From contig CBDBIU010000002.1 in the NCBI GenBank assembly GCA_965206025.1, forward strand, positions 37,201 through 101,200: 64,000 nt of DNA. The letters run 5' to 3'. Under the pieces are notes generated by a model. That model had not been told where the DNA came from and did no database searches. It worked only from the letters and a program-made list of their open reading frames with translations. Shown one piece after another: positions 27,334 through 37,260 of the stretch (position 1 is its first letter; the number at the start of each line of letters is the position of its first letter). The DNA comes from Bryobacterales bacterium. Its GTDB lineage: Bacteria; Acidobacteriota; Terriglobia; Bryobacterales; UBA6623. The position numbers and the translations under genes were made by a program.

Positions 27334-28920
27334 GTGGCATCCAGCCTGCGTGGGATATTTACCGTGGTCGCCGTGGCGGGCGTGTCGGCGCTGCTCGGTG
27401 GCTCCTACGGTCGCGGTCTGGGTAACGCCGCGTTCGTCGGACAAAAAGACGCGGTCAAGGACTACGCCCGTGAATTTGAAAACCTCCTCACCTTGGTCCG
27501 CCGGAACTATTCCTCTGAGATCGACGTCGAAAGCGTAATTTACCGCGGCGCGATCCCGTCAATGCTCCGCGAGCTGGATCCGCACTCCCAGTTCCTCGAT
27601 CCGCGTGCCTTCGCCCGCCTGCGGGAGGAGCAGAAAGGCAGCTATGCCGGCGTCGGCATGCAGATCCTCTCATTTAAGGGACGGACGATTGTCGATTTTC
27701 CATTTCCCGATACTCCCTCTTTTCGCGGGGGCATTCGGCCCGAGGATGAGATTGCCGCCGTAGACGGCCGCTCGACAACCAACTTGTCGGTCGAGGAGGT
27801 GGCTCGGCTGGTCCGCGGACCGCGGGGATCGGTTGTTCGTCTCAGCCTGAGACGTCGGGGCGTGGATAAGCAGCTCGAGGTCGAAGTCGTCCGGGCCCAG
27901 ATTCCTCGCCCCAGCATTCCCCTGGCGTCGTTTGTGGAATCGGGTGTCGGCTATGTCAAGCTGGAAAGCTTTAGTGAAACGACGGACGGGGAGATTGACA
28001 AGGCTTTGCGGAAGCTCTCGCGGAAAAATATCTCCGGACTGATCCTAGATCTTCGGGACAATCGGGGCGGGCTGCTGAGCTCGGGAGTACGGGTAGCCGA
28101 CCGTTTTCTGCCCCAGGGACAAACCATCGTTTCTCACCGAGGCCGCGCGTCGAGAGAGAAATCGTATCGGGTCCGTCAGGGTCACCAGGGAGATCTGTAC
28201 CCCATGGTGGTGCTGGTGAATTGCGGATCCGCCTCGGCGTCTGAGATTGTCGCCGGGGCGCTGCAAGACCATGATCGGGCTCTGATTGTGGGCTCGAATA
28301 CTTTCGGCAAGGGACTTGTTCAGTCGGTCGTGAACCTCAGGAGCAGTCCCACCGCCTTGGTGTTGACCACGGCACGCTATTACACTCCCAGTGGCCGGTT
28401 GATTCAACGTCCCTACCGCAACGTGTCGGCGGCGGACTACTACGCCGATGCTTGTAGCCCGGGCTATCGGCCCGCCAAGCAAGAAGTGAGCCTGACCGAT
28501 AACGGGCGTCGCGTTTACAGCGGCGGGGGAATCACGCCGGACATCGAACTGTCCGAGTCGCTCAACCCCTTCCAACAGCGTCTGCAGGTGGAACGAGCGC
28601 TCCAGGGCTTCGCTCAGCAATACTGCCTCAACCGCTCGGAGCTCCCCCCCGACTGGGAAGCGAACGCTGCGATCCTGGAACCATTTCAGCGTTATCTCTA
28701 CGATGAGCGAGTTGCCTTTACCGCGGAAGAACTCGTTGACAACCGAGGCTACCTCCGGCGTAGTCTGAAGAAGCACGTCAACAGGGCTTGTGTGGGCTGG
28801 AAAGCCGGCCTTCTGGCCGAAGTCGATCAGGACCCGGCCGTCCGGCGTGCGCTGACGCTGATCCCCGACGCTTCTGATTTGCTCAGGAACGCCCGGGGAA
28901 CGCTGGCATTGAAGCGCTAG
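27334..28920 (+). CDS. ctpA: S41 family C-terminal processing peptidase
   Basis: LDPHS, PDZ domain, LDLRDNRGG, SASASEIVAGALQDHDR, TFGKGLVQ. Start approximate. Confidence 0.93.
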   Translation: MASSLRGIFTVVAVAGVSALLGGSYGRGLGNAAFVGQKDAVKDYAREFENLLTLVRRNYSSEIDVESVIYRGAIPSMLRELDPHSQFLDPRAFARLREEQKGSYAGVGMQILSFKGRTIVDFPFPDTPSFRGGIRPEDEIAAVDGRSTTNLSVEEVARLVRGPRGSVVRLSLRRRGVDKQLEVEVVRAQIPRPSIPLASFVESGVGYVKLESFSETTDGEIDKALRKLSRKNISGLILDLRDNRGGLLSSGVRVADRFLPQGQTIVSHRGRASREKSYRVRQGHQGDLYPMVVLVNCGSASASEIVAGALQDHDRALIVGSNTFGKGLVQSVVNLRSSPTALVLTTARYYTPSGRLIQRPYRNVSAADYYADACSPGYRPAKQEVSLTDNGRRVYSGGGITPDIELSESLNPFQQRLQVERALQGFAQQYCLNRSELPPDWEANAAILEPFQRYLYDERVAFTAEELVDNRGYLRRSLKKHVNRACVGWKAGLLAEVDQDPAVRRALTLIPDASDLLRNARGTLALKR

Positions 28921-29070
28921 CAGCCCGTGGCGAAAGTCGCACGGGAGAGAAAATCGGGGACTGCCACCAATTCGCCCCCATCATGGCCTGGAAACAAAGA
29001 ACTTCACCTGAAGCGAATTGGCTGGCTGTACCCGATTTTTCGCGACGTCTACTTTACCACGGGCTGCTAA
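28917..29070. mobile_element. MITE family B, copy 1
   Basis: CTAG-CAGCCCGTGGCGAAAGT ... ACTTTACCACGGGCTG-CTAA; the left CTAG contains the ctpA stop codon. Confidence 0.85.
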
Positions 29071-29357
29071 GGACCTTCAGAACCGTTCGCCACCGGTTAC
29101 GAAGCAGATTAGGAACAGTGAGATGCGAATAACCTACCGCGGCTTCCCTCGGATAATCTTGTCTAACTCAAAGTCTAACAACGTTACCGACGCTCCTAAC
29201 AATTGTGGGAAGGTCCGGAAGCAGGGCCAATCTTACCTTGAGGCTTGTCGCTGCTTGGCTGGAAATCTTTGGCCGGAGACCCCCCGGGTCCGCTGACGTT
29301 GAGCCGTCTCCCGGCGCGGGTCATGTCCCTCTCGGGGCGCTGCGGCCTAGTTCCGGT

Positions 29358-29510
29358 CTAGCAGCCCGTGGCGAAAGTCATGCGGGAGAGAAAAGCGGGG
29401 GCGCCACCGATTCGGTCCGTCATGGCCGTTGCAACAAAGTGCTTAACCTGAAGCGAAACGGCTTGCCACACCCACTTTTTGTGACGTTTACTTTTACCAC
29501 GGGCTGCTAG
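29358..29510. mobile_element. MITE family B, copy 2
   Basis: CTAG-CAGCCCGTGGCGAAAGT ... ACTTTTACCACGGGCTG-CTAG; diverged direct repeat of copy 1. Confidence 0.85.
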
Positions 29511-29523
29511 ACTTGGGTGGACA

Positions 29524-29991
29524 ATGAACTCGCTCATCACGCGGTCCGACGAGGTATTCATGCGCGCCGCCCTGGCCCAGGCTGATGAAGCCGAGCGGCG
29601 AGGCGAAGTTCCTGTCGGCGCGGTAATTGTCGACGAGGGCGAAATTGTCGCCGCGGCAGGGAACGCCCCTGTGTCGAAGACGGACCCGACGGCTCACGCC
29701 GAAATCTCCGCGCTACGAGAGGCTGGTCGCAAGATGGGGAATTACCGGCTTCCCGGCGCCACCGTGTATGTGACCGTGGAGCCCTGTGCGATGTGCGCGG
29801 GAGCGCTCGTCGCCGCCCGGGTCGGCAAACTCGTGTTCGGAACGCGAGACCTGCGTTTCGGGGCCGTCAGAAGCAAGTTTCGCCTGGCCGATTCCGACCG
29901 GCTCAACCACCGAATCGAAATCGTCGAAGGAGTGCTGGCGGAGGAATGCTTGAAGAGATTGCAAGGGTTTTTCGCGCAACGCCGCGGATAG
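29524..29991 (+). CDS. tadA: tRNA adenosine(34) deaminase
   Basis: EVPVGAV, DPTAHAE, NYRL and EPCAMCAGA motifs. Confidence 0.96.
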   Translation: MNSLITRSDEVFMRAALAQADEAERRGEVPVGAVIVDEGEIVAAAGNAPVSKTDPTAHAEISALREAGRKMGNYRLPGATVYVTVEPCAMCAGALVAARVGKLVFGTRDLRFGAVRSKFRLADSDRLNHRIEIVEGVLAEECLKRLQGFFAQRRG

Positions 29992-30162
29992 CCGGACACT
30001 CGACCCGCACCCGGATCACCTCCCGCCGGGGACCGGCGCGTGGTCGCACTACCGGGCAGAGTCCTTTGGGTCGCCCTGGCAGGAATGGGTTTCGGGAGAG
30101 AGAAGGACGGTTGCAACTAGCCTTTGCGCTTTGCTTTCCTGCGGCCGGCCCAATACTTCTTC

Positions 30163-31461
30163 GGCTCTTCCGGGTTTTAAGTGGGCGAAGGAGCCAGATC
30201 GAGTTTCCCACAGTGGAAGTAGATGGCGTTGATGAAGTTCTGTTGATTGCGGAAACCGCGCGCCGTGGCCTTGACCCATTGAATCCTTGAGTTCAACCCC
30301 TCGCTGACCGCGTTCGTAATGCGGTGTTTCAGATACGTGAGTATGTTTTCGAGGCGAGCCGTCAACATCCGCGCTACGGTGACCATCGGCGTCAGCCGGC
30401 TGCGACTCGCCCAGCCGCGCCATTGCTCGAAGAAAGCTCGCGCCGCCGATTCGCGACGATAGTCGAACAGCCGCATCGCCGTTTCCTTCAACGCCCACGC
30501 CCGCGCCGTTTTCAAGTCGCTTTCGCGCAGCGCGCGGAACTCGCGCCAGGCGTCCTCGGAAAAGTTCGCCGGATGCCGCAGCCAAGCGTACTTCGTGCCT
30601 GTCAAACGTTCGTCGCCGAGGGCCAGTAAACGCTTGTTCTCCGCCCGCCGCACTTGGTCCACCGCCTTCGCCAGATGCGCCGCGATGTGATATTTGTCGT
30701 AAACGATCTTTTTCTCCGATTCGTCGAGATGCTCCCGGGTCGAGGCGACGTAAGGATCCCACATGTCCATCGCGACGGCCTCGACTCGGGCGAGTTGCTC
30801 TGCGCTCAACGTCTTCCAAAAGCCGTCCAGGCTGGCCTGGCGGCGTCCCTCGGCGACGAACAACACGCGCGAGCGGTTGAGATCGTTGACGACGGTGAGA
30901 TAGCGATGGCGCTTGCGGAAGCTCTTCTCGTCGACGCCCAGGTAGGGAATCGGCTCTGCCGCGCGACGTTCGAGCCCACGTTGCACGGCGCGTTCCAGGA
31001 TGCCGTGAATCTCGTCCCAGCTCAGCGCCAGCAACTCGGCGATGCCTTGCTGGCTGGCTTCCTTCAGCCACGAGATCGCGAGAGCTTCAAACAGCGCGGT
31101 GAAGCGGCTGGAAGCCTCGGCCCAGGGCAGTCGCACGACGCGCGGCCCGTGCTCGGAGCAGTCGCTGCGCGGCGGCCGGGCGTGCAGGATCGTGCGGTAC
31201 TGACAGGTGTCGAGGTGACGCCAGCGGCGTTCGGGCTGATGATCGTGGAGTGCGCACACGGCGCTGCATTGGCGGCACGGCCAGCGGACTTGCTCGTCGT
31301 GTTCGAGGAAGATGTGGACTTCGCCGTCGGCTCGGCGCAGCTCCACTCGCGCGACTTTCCAGGGACTTTCGATGCCCAGAATCTGGCGGTATAGCTCGCG
31401 GTCTTGCATCCCGCGAGACTACCACCGAGCCACACTCGCCCACTAGAAACCCGGAAGAACC
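30163..31461 (-). mobile_element. ISL3 family insertion sequence (1299 bp)
   Basis: TIRs GGCTCTTCCGGGTTTTAAGTGGGCGA / TCGCCCACTAGAAACCCGGAAGAACC; flanks ACTTCTTC and ACCTCTTC (7/8 TSD). Confidence 0.95.
30177..31409 (-). CDS. ISL3 family transposase, apparently intact
   Basis: Zinc finger CRQC...HLD...C.EHG; GVDE, MDM, DKYH and EGLNSRI...ARGFRN motifs. Confidence 0.95.
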   Translation of the reverse strand: MQDRELYRQILGIESPWKVARVELRRADGEVHIFLEHDEQVRWPCRQCSAVCALHDHQPERRWRHLDTCQYRTILHARPPRSDCSEHGPRVVRLPWAEASSRFTALFEALAISWLKEASQQGIAELLALSWDEIHGILERAVQRGLERRAAEPIPYLGVDEKSFRKRHRYLTVVNDLNRSRVLFVAEGRRQASLDGFWKTLSAEQLARVEAVAMDMWDPYVASTREHLDESEKKIVYDKYHIAAHLAKAVDQVRRAENKRLLALGDERLTGTKYAWLRHPANFSEDAWREFRALRESDLKTARAWALKETAMRLFDYRRESAARAFFEQWRGWASRSRLTPMVTVARMLTARLENILTYLKHRITNAVSEGLNSRIQWVKATARGFRNQQNFINAIYFHCGKLDLAPSPT

Positions 31462-31727
31462 ACCTCTTCATCCGCTCGGAGACCGCCTTGCGCGCGGCGG
31501 GGCTCATCTTCCTGCGACGGTGGGGCTTCTTCGGCACCGCGGCAGTGCCTCCAGGTTTGCGGCCTCGTCGCTTTGGTTCGGATTGCAGAATGTCGATCGC
31601 TCGGTTGAGACGGTCTCTTTCTTGAATGAGTAGAGTAAGTGCATCGATCATAGTCTACTGATCCTAACACAGAGTTACACGTGAAGATCAGAGGGCTTAA
31701 AACTAAATCTTTAGATAGCAACAATAC

Positions 31728-31870
31728 ATGGAAACAAGGAGTCTGTCTCATATCGATTTGACTCTCCCCCGAGTATGCATGGAAGCGATGACGTTTGGGT
31801 CCCAAACGGATCTCGCCGATGCCCGGCAAATGGTGATCGATGCTGGGATTACCTTTTTTGACACCGCCGC
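31728..31870 (+). pseudogene. N-terminal fragment of an aldo/keto reductase
   Basis: METRSL...RVCMEAMTFGSQ...DAGITFFDTA matches the AKR N-terminus, then similarity ends. Confidence 0.65.
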
Positions 31871-31936
31871 GGCACTTATGGGCGCGAGGATAGTTCTGCC
31901 GTGGTTCGGGGATGCTAGCCCTATCTCCGGATAAGA

Positions 31937-32497
31937 TTGAGAGTCGTGATCGAGCAATGCCTAGTTCGCTCGTCCCGGAGACGAAAGTCATGGCCGGTGT
32001 GGAGGTGCTTTCTCGCCGCTTTGCTCGTGATCGGCGTGGGCTGTTCCTGGTTCCAAGCTGACATCGAACCGCTCACCAGCAAAGAGTGGGCAACGGTCGT
32101 CGAGGCGCACAGGGGCCGCCTGCTGGTTGTCAATGTTTGGGCCGGCTGGTGCAGGAGCTGCCTCGATCTGTTTCCTTCTGTTGTCGACCTCTCGAAGCAG
32201 TACGAACCGGAGCGATTGCAAGTCCTCTCCCTCTCGCTTGACGACTCGAACGACTCGGCGGCCCTTGAGCAGGCGCGGGAGTTTCTTAATAGTCAGGACG
32301 CCGACTTTCCTCATTACCTTCTGACCCACGAAATCACGCGGGCGCTGGAAAGCCTTGGTCTGGAAAGTATTCCAGCCGTCATGATTTACGATGCCGAGGG
32401 GCGATTGCGCTACCGGTTGCAAGGCGATGACGATGAGATCGAGCTCACGCCGGCCGATGTGCAAGATGCCGTCGAATCGCTCATTGGAACCCGCTGA
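31937..32497 (+). CDS. TlpA/thioredoxin-like disulfide reductase, probably exported
   Basis: VVNVWAGWCRSC active site, IP motif and a hydrophobic leader. Start uncertain. Confidence 0.88.
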   Translation: MRVVIEQCLVRSSRRRKSWPVWRCFLAALLVIGVGCSWFQADIEPLTSKEWATVVEAHRGRLLVVNVWAGWCRSCLDLFPSVVDLSKQYEPERLQVLSLSLDDSNDSAALEQAREFLNSQDADFPHYLLTHEITRALESLGLESIPAVMIYDAEGRLRYRLQGDDDEIELTPADVQDAVESLIGTR

Positions 32498-33028
32498 AAC
32501 TCACCGCGCCGAATCAGCTGAAGGAGGCCTTGGCGCGAAGTTGTAGGACGCGACGGCTATAATGGTTCTGGATGGGGCGACCGAAAGCCGTTCACCTAGC
32601 CGTAGCCGCGCAGCTTCCAATTATCGGACATTTGTCCCTTCGATTCGTCGCCTCGCGAAGAGATCCGGCTTCCATGGCTCCTGAGAAGACGCGGCTGCGA
32701 CGGGTTGGCAAGGCGGTTCACGAATTCCGCATGATTCGCGACGCCGACCGTATCGCCGTGGGCGTTTCGGGGGGCAAGGACTCGCTCACGCTTCTCGACG
32801 CCCTGTTGTCTTTGCAAAGAAAGTCTCCGGTGAAATTCACCTTGCGGGCCTTCACCGTGGAACAGGGCAAATTCACGCGTCCTATCGAGCCGCTGGGGGA
32901 CTACTTGAAGGCGCGGAACATTCCCTGGACCTACTACCGGGATGAGCCTTCGTTTCAACTGCTGGCCGAGGATCCGGATCACGGCTGCGATCAGTGCAGC
33001 CGCTATCGGCGCCGGGCGGTGTATGAGA

Positions 33029-34694
33029 CCCGCATTTTCAATTTGATGTTTGACATCCCGACCTTCCAGCGGCCTTGAGCGTCTTTATTCATAGGGGCTA
33101 GAGCCCGATGAGGACGCCATGGAGGCCAACACCCAATGGGTGAAAAACAAACCAAGCCATTCCAGCTAAGTTTCAACGGCTTGTTGAAAGTCGATTTCCA
33201 GGGATCGCACGTCACTTCTGATGGTGGCCTGATTTTGGTTCGCGAACTGGACGAACGGCTCGGTCTCGGAGAACTGATTGACGAGCATCTCAGCGACTCC
33301 CGGCAAGGCACAAACAAGCAGTTCACGCTCGCTGATCTGTTGCGGCAGTCGGTCTACAGCCGCTTGGCGGGCTACGAGGACCTCAACGACGCCGAGCGGG
33401 TTTCGATCGATCCGACGTTTCGGCTGATCGGTTCGCAGAAGATCTGGGATCGCGGTGCGGCCTTGACCTCGACGCTGCACGGCTTCGAGACGGAGATGCT
33501 GGCGAGCGAAGAGAATCTACTGGGGCTGATGGCGCTGAACCGAGAGCTGGTCGGGCAAGCGGAGGCGTTCGACGACTCCGAGCGGGTCGTTCTGGACATG
33601 GACTCCACCGAGAGTCCGGTCCATGGCCAACAGGAAGGCAGTGCCTACAACGGACACTTCGAGTCGGTCTGCTACCATCCGTTGCTTTTGTTCAACGGTC
33701 ATGGTGATTGCCTCGCTGCAAAGCTGCGTCCAGGCAACGTGCACAGCGCCGACGACTGGGATGAGCTATTGTTGCCGGAGATCGAGCGCCAACAGGCTGC
33801 GGGCAAGCAGGTCGCCTTCCGGGGCGATGCGGCCTTTGCCAAGCCGGAGGTTTATGAGGCTTCGGAGGAACGCGGAGTACAGTACGCCATTCGCATTCCG
33901 GCCAACAAGAGCCTGGAGTTGGAGATCGAGGACATCCTGTTTCGGCCACCGGGCAGGCCGAGCGCCAAGCCCCTGGTGCGCTACAAGAGCTTCCGCTATC
34001 AGGCCGCCAGTTGGAGCAAACCGCGGCGCATCGTAGCGAAGGTTGAGCACCACCCGGGCGAACTGTTCGCGCAACCCGGCTTCATCGTCACCAACATGAC
34101 CCGGCCCAGTCGCTCGGTGGTGCGCTTTTACAACAAGCGCGGCACGGCCGAGCAGTGGATCAAGGAAGGCAAGCAGGCCACGAATTGGACACGGTTGTCG
34201 TGCCATCGTTTTCGCGCGAACGAAGTTCGCTTGCAACTCAGCGTCCTGGCTTACAACCTCGGCAACCTGTGGCGGCGGCTGGGACTGCCACCAAGCATCA
34301 AGAGCTGGTCGCTGACGAGCTTGCAGCAGCGGCTGATGAAGACCGGCGGGCGGCTGGTCAAGCATGCCCGTTACTACTGGTTGCTGCTGGCCGAGGGGCA
34401 TCTGAACCGGCGGCTGTTCGGTGACATGCTGCACAGGATCTGGGCGCTGCCGCTGCCGAGCGGGTAGCGTTGACCGGGCTAGGATCAACAGTTTTCGGCT
34501 CCAAAAAGGTTTGGCAGGGAGCAGTGTCGGCCGCAGCGCCGTTCAGGCCGCGCAATCAACGTCTGTGAGCGGACGGACGAGCCCTGGCGCCTACCGGCGG
34601 AGGGGATGTGCAGGGTTCAGCGCGAAAAGACGTGGCATTCGGGCCGGCGCGGATGTATACTGTGGCCGTGCCAAGGCCAAAACGGAAATCCTGG
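33029..34694 (+). mobile_element. IS1380 family insertion sequence (1666 bp)
   Basis: Imperfect TIRs CCCGCATTTTCAATTTG / CAAAACGGAAATCCTGG; ATGAGA duplicated at 33023-33028 and 34695-34700. Confidence 0.93.
33136..34467 (+). CDS. IS1380 family transposase
   Basis: TSDGGL, GYEDLND, LDMDST, RGDAAF and YNKRGTAEQWIKEGK motifs. Confidence 0.95.
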   Translation: MGEKQTKPFQLSFNGLLKVDFQGSHVTSDGGLILVRELDERLGLGELIDEHLSDSRQGTNKQFTLADLLRQSVYSRLAGYEDLNDAERVSIDPTFRLIGSQKIWDRGAALTSTLHGFETEMLASEENLLGLMALNRELVGQAEAFDDSERVVLDMDSTESPVHGQQEGSAYNGHFESVCYHPLLLFNGHGDCLAAKLRPGNVHSADDWDELLLPEIERQQAAGKQVAFRGDAAFAKPEVYEASEERGVQYAIRIPANKSLELEIEDILFRPPGRPSAKPLVRYKSFRYQAASWSKPRRIVAKVEHHPGELFAQPGFIVTNMTRPSRSVVRFYNKRGTAEQWIKEGKQATNWTRLSCHRFRANEVRLQLSVLAYNLGNLWRRLGLPPSIKSWSLTSLQQRLMKTGGRLVKHARYYWLLLAEGHLNRRLFGDMLHRIWALPLPSG

Positions 34695-35231
34695 ATGAGA
34701 TCGCCTCGGATTTGGGCGCGAATGTGGTGGCTCTGGGGCATACGGCCGACGACTTCTGCGAGTCGCTGCTGCGCAACACCCTCTACACGGGTCGGTTGAG
34801 TGCGCTGCCGGCGGTCACCTATTCTCGTTCCGGCGATTTTCGGATCATTCGGCCGCTGGTCTACGTCTCCGAGGAGGTAACGTCGTCGTACGCCGACCAA
34901 CGTGCTATGCCCATCACGCCTGGTGCGTGTTCCCAGCGCACCGGAACCGTTCGACGATCGCTGAGGGAGTTTTTGGCCGAAACCAAGAAAGATCACCCCC
35001 ACGTGCTTGAAAATATCCTTTCGGCCATGAGTCGCATTGATACGCCCCGGCTGCTCGACCGGCGATTTCTCGATTTCGACCAAGGGGGGCCGTTGCCCAG
35101 CGCCGAAACTCCTGAGCTGCTTCCGGTTTTGACGAAAGGGGATTGATGGTTTTCCCTACAGCGCCGAGTTTCCGATGGAGGGGCGCCGGGCGGAAACTGA
35201 CCGCACCCGGATCAAACGTGGAAGGCCCAAT

Positions 35232-35846
35232 ATGAAATTTCTCCCCAAAGACCAACAGTTCTTCGATCTCTTTGAGAAGCAGTCTCAGCTGATCGTCGAG
35301 GCCGCGGAGATGCTGCATCAAGGCGTGGCGGCGGAGGAAACCGACTGGAACACGCTGCGCATTCGGGTTCATCAGATCGAAAATAAGGGCGACGACATCA
35401 CCCATCAAACTCTGACGCGGCTCCACCGGACCTTCATCACGCCAATGGAGCCTCAGGACATACACGATATCTGTCTCCGGCTCGACGATGTCCTCGACAT
35501 GATCGACGAGGTGGCCGGGCGGTTCCACATCTTCAAGATCACGAGCCTTCCCAGCCGCGTTCAGACCATGACGCAAAACCTCGTCGCCAACAGCCATGCG
35601 ACGTCCGCGGCGGTGCAGGCCGTAGCCCAGGGGAAGGATGTGTCCTCGCTGCTTATCAAGATCCACGATCTTGAGGACGAAGCGGATCAACTGAACCACC
35701 AGGCTTTGACGGACCTGTTCGACACCGAGCAAGACCCCATCCGGCTGATCAAGCTCAAGGAGATTTTTGAGCTGATCGAAGAGGCCGCCGATTCGTTCGA
35801 GGATGTAGGGCATGTGCTGGAGGCGGCCGTCGTCAAGAACGCTTGA
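35232..35846 (+). CDS. DUF47 / PhoU-like phosphate transport regulator
   Basis: FLPKDQQFFDLF and L..TFITP..PQDI..I...LDD; lies directly upstream of pit. Confidence 0.9.
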   Translation: MKFLPKDQQFFDLFEKQSQLIVEAAEMLHQGVAAEETDWNTLRIRVHQIENKGDDITHQTLTRLHRTFITPMEPQDIHDICLRLDDVLDMIDEVAGRFHIFKITSLPSRVQTMTQNLVANSHATSAAVQAVAQGKDVSSLLIKIHDLEDEADQLNHQALTDLFDTEQDPIRLIKLKEIFELIEEAADSFEDVGHVLEAAVVKNA

Positions 35847-36128
35847 GGCGGCGGGGTGGCCTGTTTCGTAAATTCGGTTGCGCATGTGTAGAAGCCAGGT
35901 GGAAGATTGGGAACTTCGGGCAGGGCATGCCGTGCCGCTGCATTTCCAGGCGCGCATCAGAATCTGTAGGGGCGCAGCATGCTCCGCCCGCCTGCACGCG
36001 CTTGCCGGAGCGCTTAGGCCCGTCGGTGCGAATCCGACCTGGTTTTGGCCGCGAACGCGTGAACGGAGGGAAACTCGGCCGATGAGGCGCGGTCGGGAAG
36101 CCGGCGAGACGACGCTGCCGGGAGGCGA

Positions 36129-37157
36129 ATGGAAAATTTAGGATTTATCGTCTTGATTGTGTTCGTGGCGCTCGTTTTTGACTTTTTTAACGGGTTTAAC
36201 GACGCCGCGAATGCGATCGCGACGGTGGTCGCTACGCGCGTCCTTACCCCGGGGCACGCCGTGTTTTGGGCTGCGTTTTTCAATTTCGTCGCCGCCTTCG
36301 GCTTCGGCACGGCCGTGGCCAAGACGATCGGCCGGGGCATGGTCGCGCAGGAAGCCGTCACGCAGTACGTCGTGATCGGAGGCTTGCTCGGGGCCATTTT
36401 TTGGACCTGGCTCGCCTCCCACCTCGGTTTGCCCATCAGCGCCTCTCACGCCCTCGTCGGCGGCTATGGAGGGGCGGCGATGGCCTACGTCGGCTTGACG
36501 CGGGGCTGGTCTCAGGTGATGACCGCGCTGGTCGCCGACGGGTGGGTGAAGACGATCACGTTCATCTTTGTCGCCCCACTCATGGGGTTCGTTGCCGGAT
36601 CGCTGTTGATGATCGCGGTGGCCTGGATTTTCCGTCGCGGTCACCCTTCCACCTTGGATTACTATTTCCGGCGTCTACAGTTGTTTTCTTCCGCCGTGTT
36701 CAGCTTCGCCCACGGCACCAACGACGCCCAAAAGACGATGGGCATCATCGCCAGCGCTCTGTTCGCGCTCGGTCATCTGGAAACGTTTTACATTCCCTTC
36801 TGGGTCATCCTTTCCGCGCATGCGGCGATCGCACTCGGTACGTTGATGGGAGGCTGGCGAGTCATCAGAACGATGGGGCATCGCATTACGAAGCTGAAAC
36901 CGGCCGGGGGGTTCTGCGCGGAAACGGGCGGCGCCTTTACCGTCTTGCTGGCTGCCTGGTTGGGCATACCCGCCAGCACCACCCACACGATCGCCGGAGC
37001 GATCGCCGGCGTGGGGACGGCCCAACGCGTGCGCGCCGTGCGCTGGGGCAAGGCGAGGGAAATTCTTTGGGCTTGGGTGCTTACACTTCCCACGACGATC
37101 ACCGCCGGCGCCCTGAGCTACATGATCATCCATGCTTTGATCCCCGGGGCGGGCTAG
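36129..37157 (+). CDS. pit: Inorganic phosphate transporter (PiT family)
   Basis: NGFNDAANAIAT, GLPISASHA and AHGTNDAQKTMG motifs. Confidence 0.95.
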   Translation: MENLGFIVLIVFVALVFDFFNGFNDAANAIATVVATRVLTPGHAVFWAAFFNFVAAFGFGTAVAKTIGRGMVAQEAVTQYVVIGGLLGAIFWTWLASHLGLPISASHALVGGYGGAAMAYVGLTRGWSQVMTALVADGWVKTITFIFVAPLMGFVAGSLLMIAVAWIFRRGHPSTLDYYFRRLQLFSSAVFSFAHGTNDAQKTMGIIASALFALGHLETFYIPFWVILSAHAAIALGTLMGGWRVIRTMGHRITKLKPAGGFCAETGGAFTVLLAAWLGIPASTTHTIAGAIAGVGTAQRVRAVRWGKAREILWAWVLTLPTTITAGALSYMIIHALIPGAG

Positions 37158-37260
37158 CTCGAGCTAAATTTAACCCGCTTTTCTCACCGGCGGGAGTGGA
37201 AGTAAATACCCGCCATTAGTTGTTTTCACGATCCGTTGCCGTGAACGGGGTATGCCGGGG

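Larger units (their letters stand above)
30117..31651 (-). pseudogene. Small basic protein (75 aa) interrupted by ISL3
   Basis: Joining 31651-31470 to 30162-30117 gives MIDALTLLIQERDRLNRAIDILQ...MSPAARKAVSERMKKYWAGRRKAKRKG-stop in frame. Confidence 0.85.
32572..35146 (+). pseudogene. ttcA: tRNA 2-thiocytidine biosynthesis protein TtcA, interrupted by IS1380
   Basis: VSGGKDS and CDQCSRYRR before the IS; LGHTADD and IIRPL after it. Excision restores RRAVYE-IASDL (300 aa). TATAAT lies at 32558-32563. Confidence 0.9.

Noticed and set aside
29161-29200. Integron attC-like GTCTAAC boxes
   Set aside because: No matching GTTRRRY partner, no cassette ORF and no integrase in the window.
29208-29230. 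SRP RNA-like AGGTCCGGAAGCAG near tadA
   Set aside because: Lacks the full CAGGTCCGGAAGGAAGCAGC motif and a supporting long hairpin.
31064-31651. 195-aa ORF overlapping the ISL3 transposase
   Set aside because: Chimera of the small basic gene's 5' part reading into the IS in another frame.
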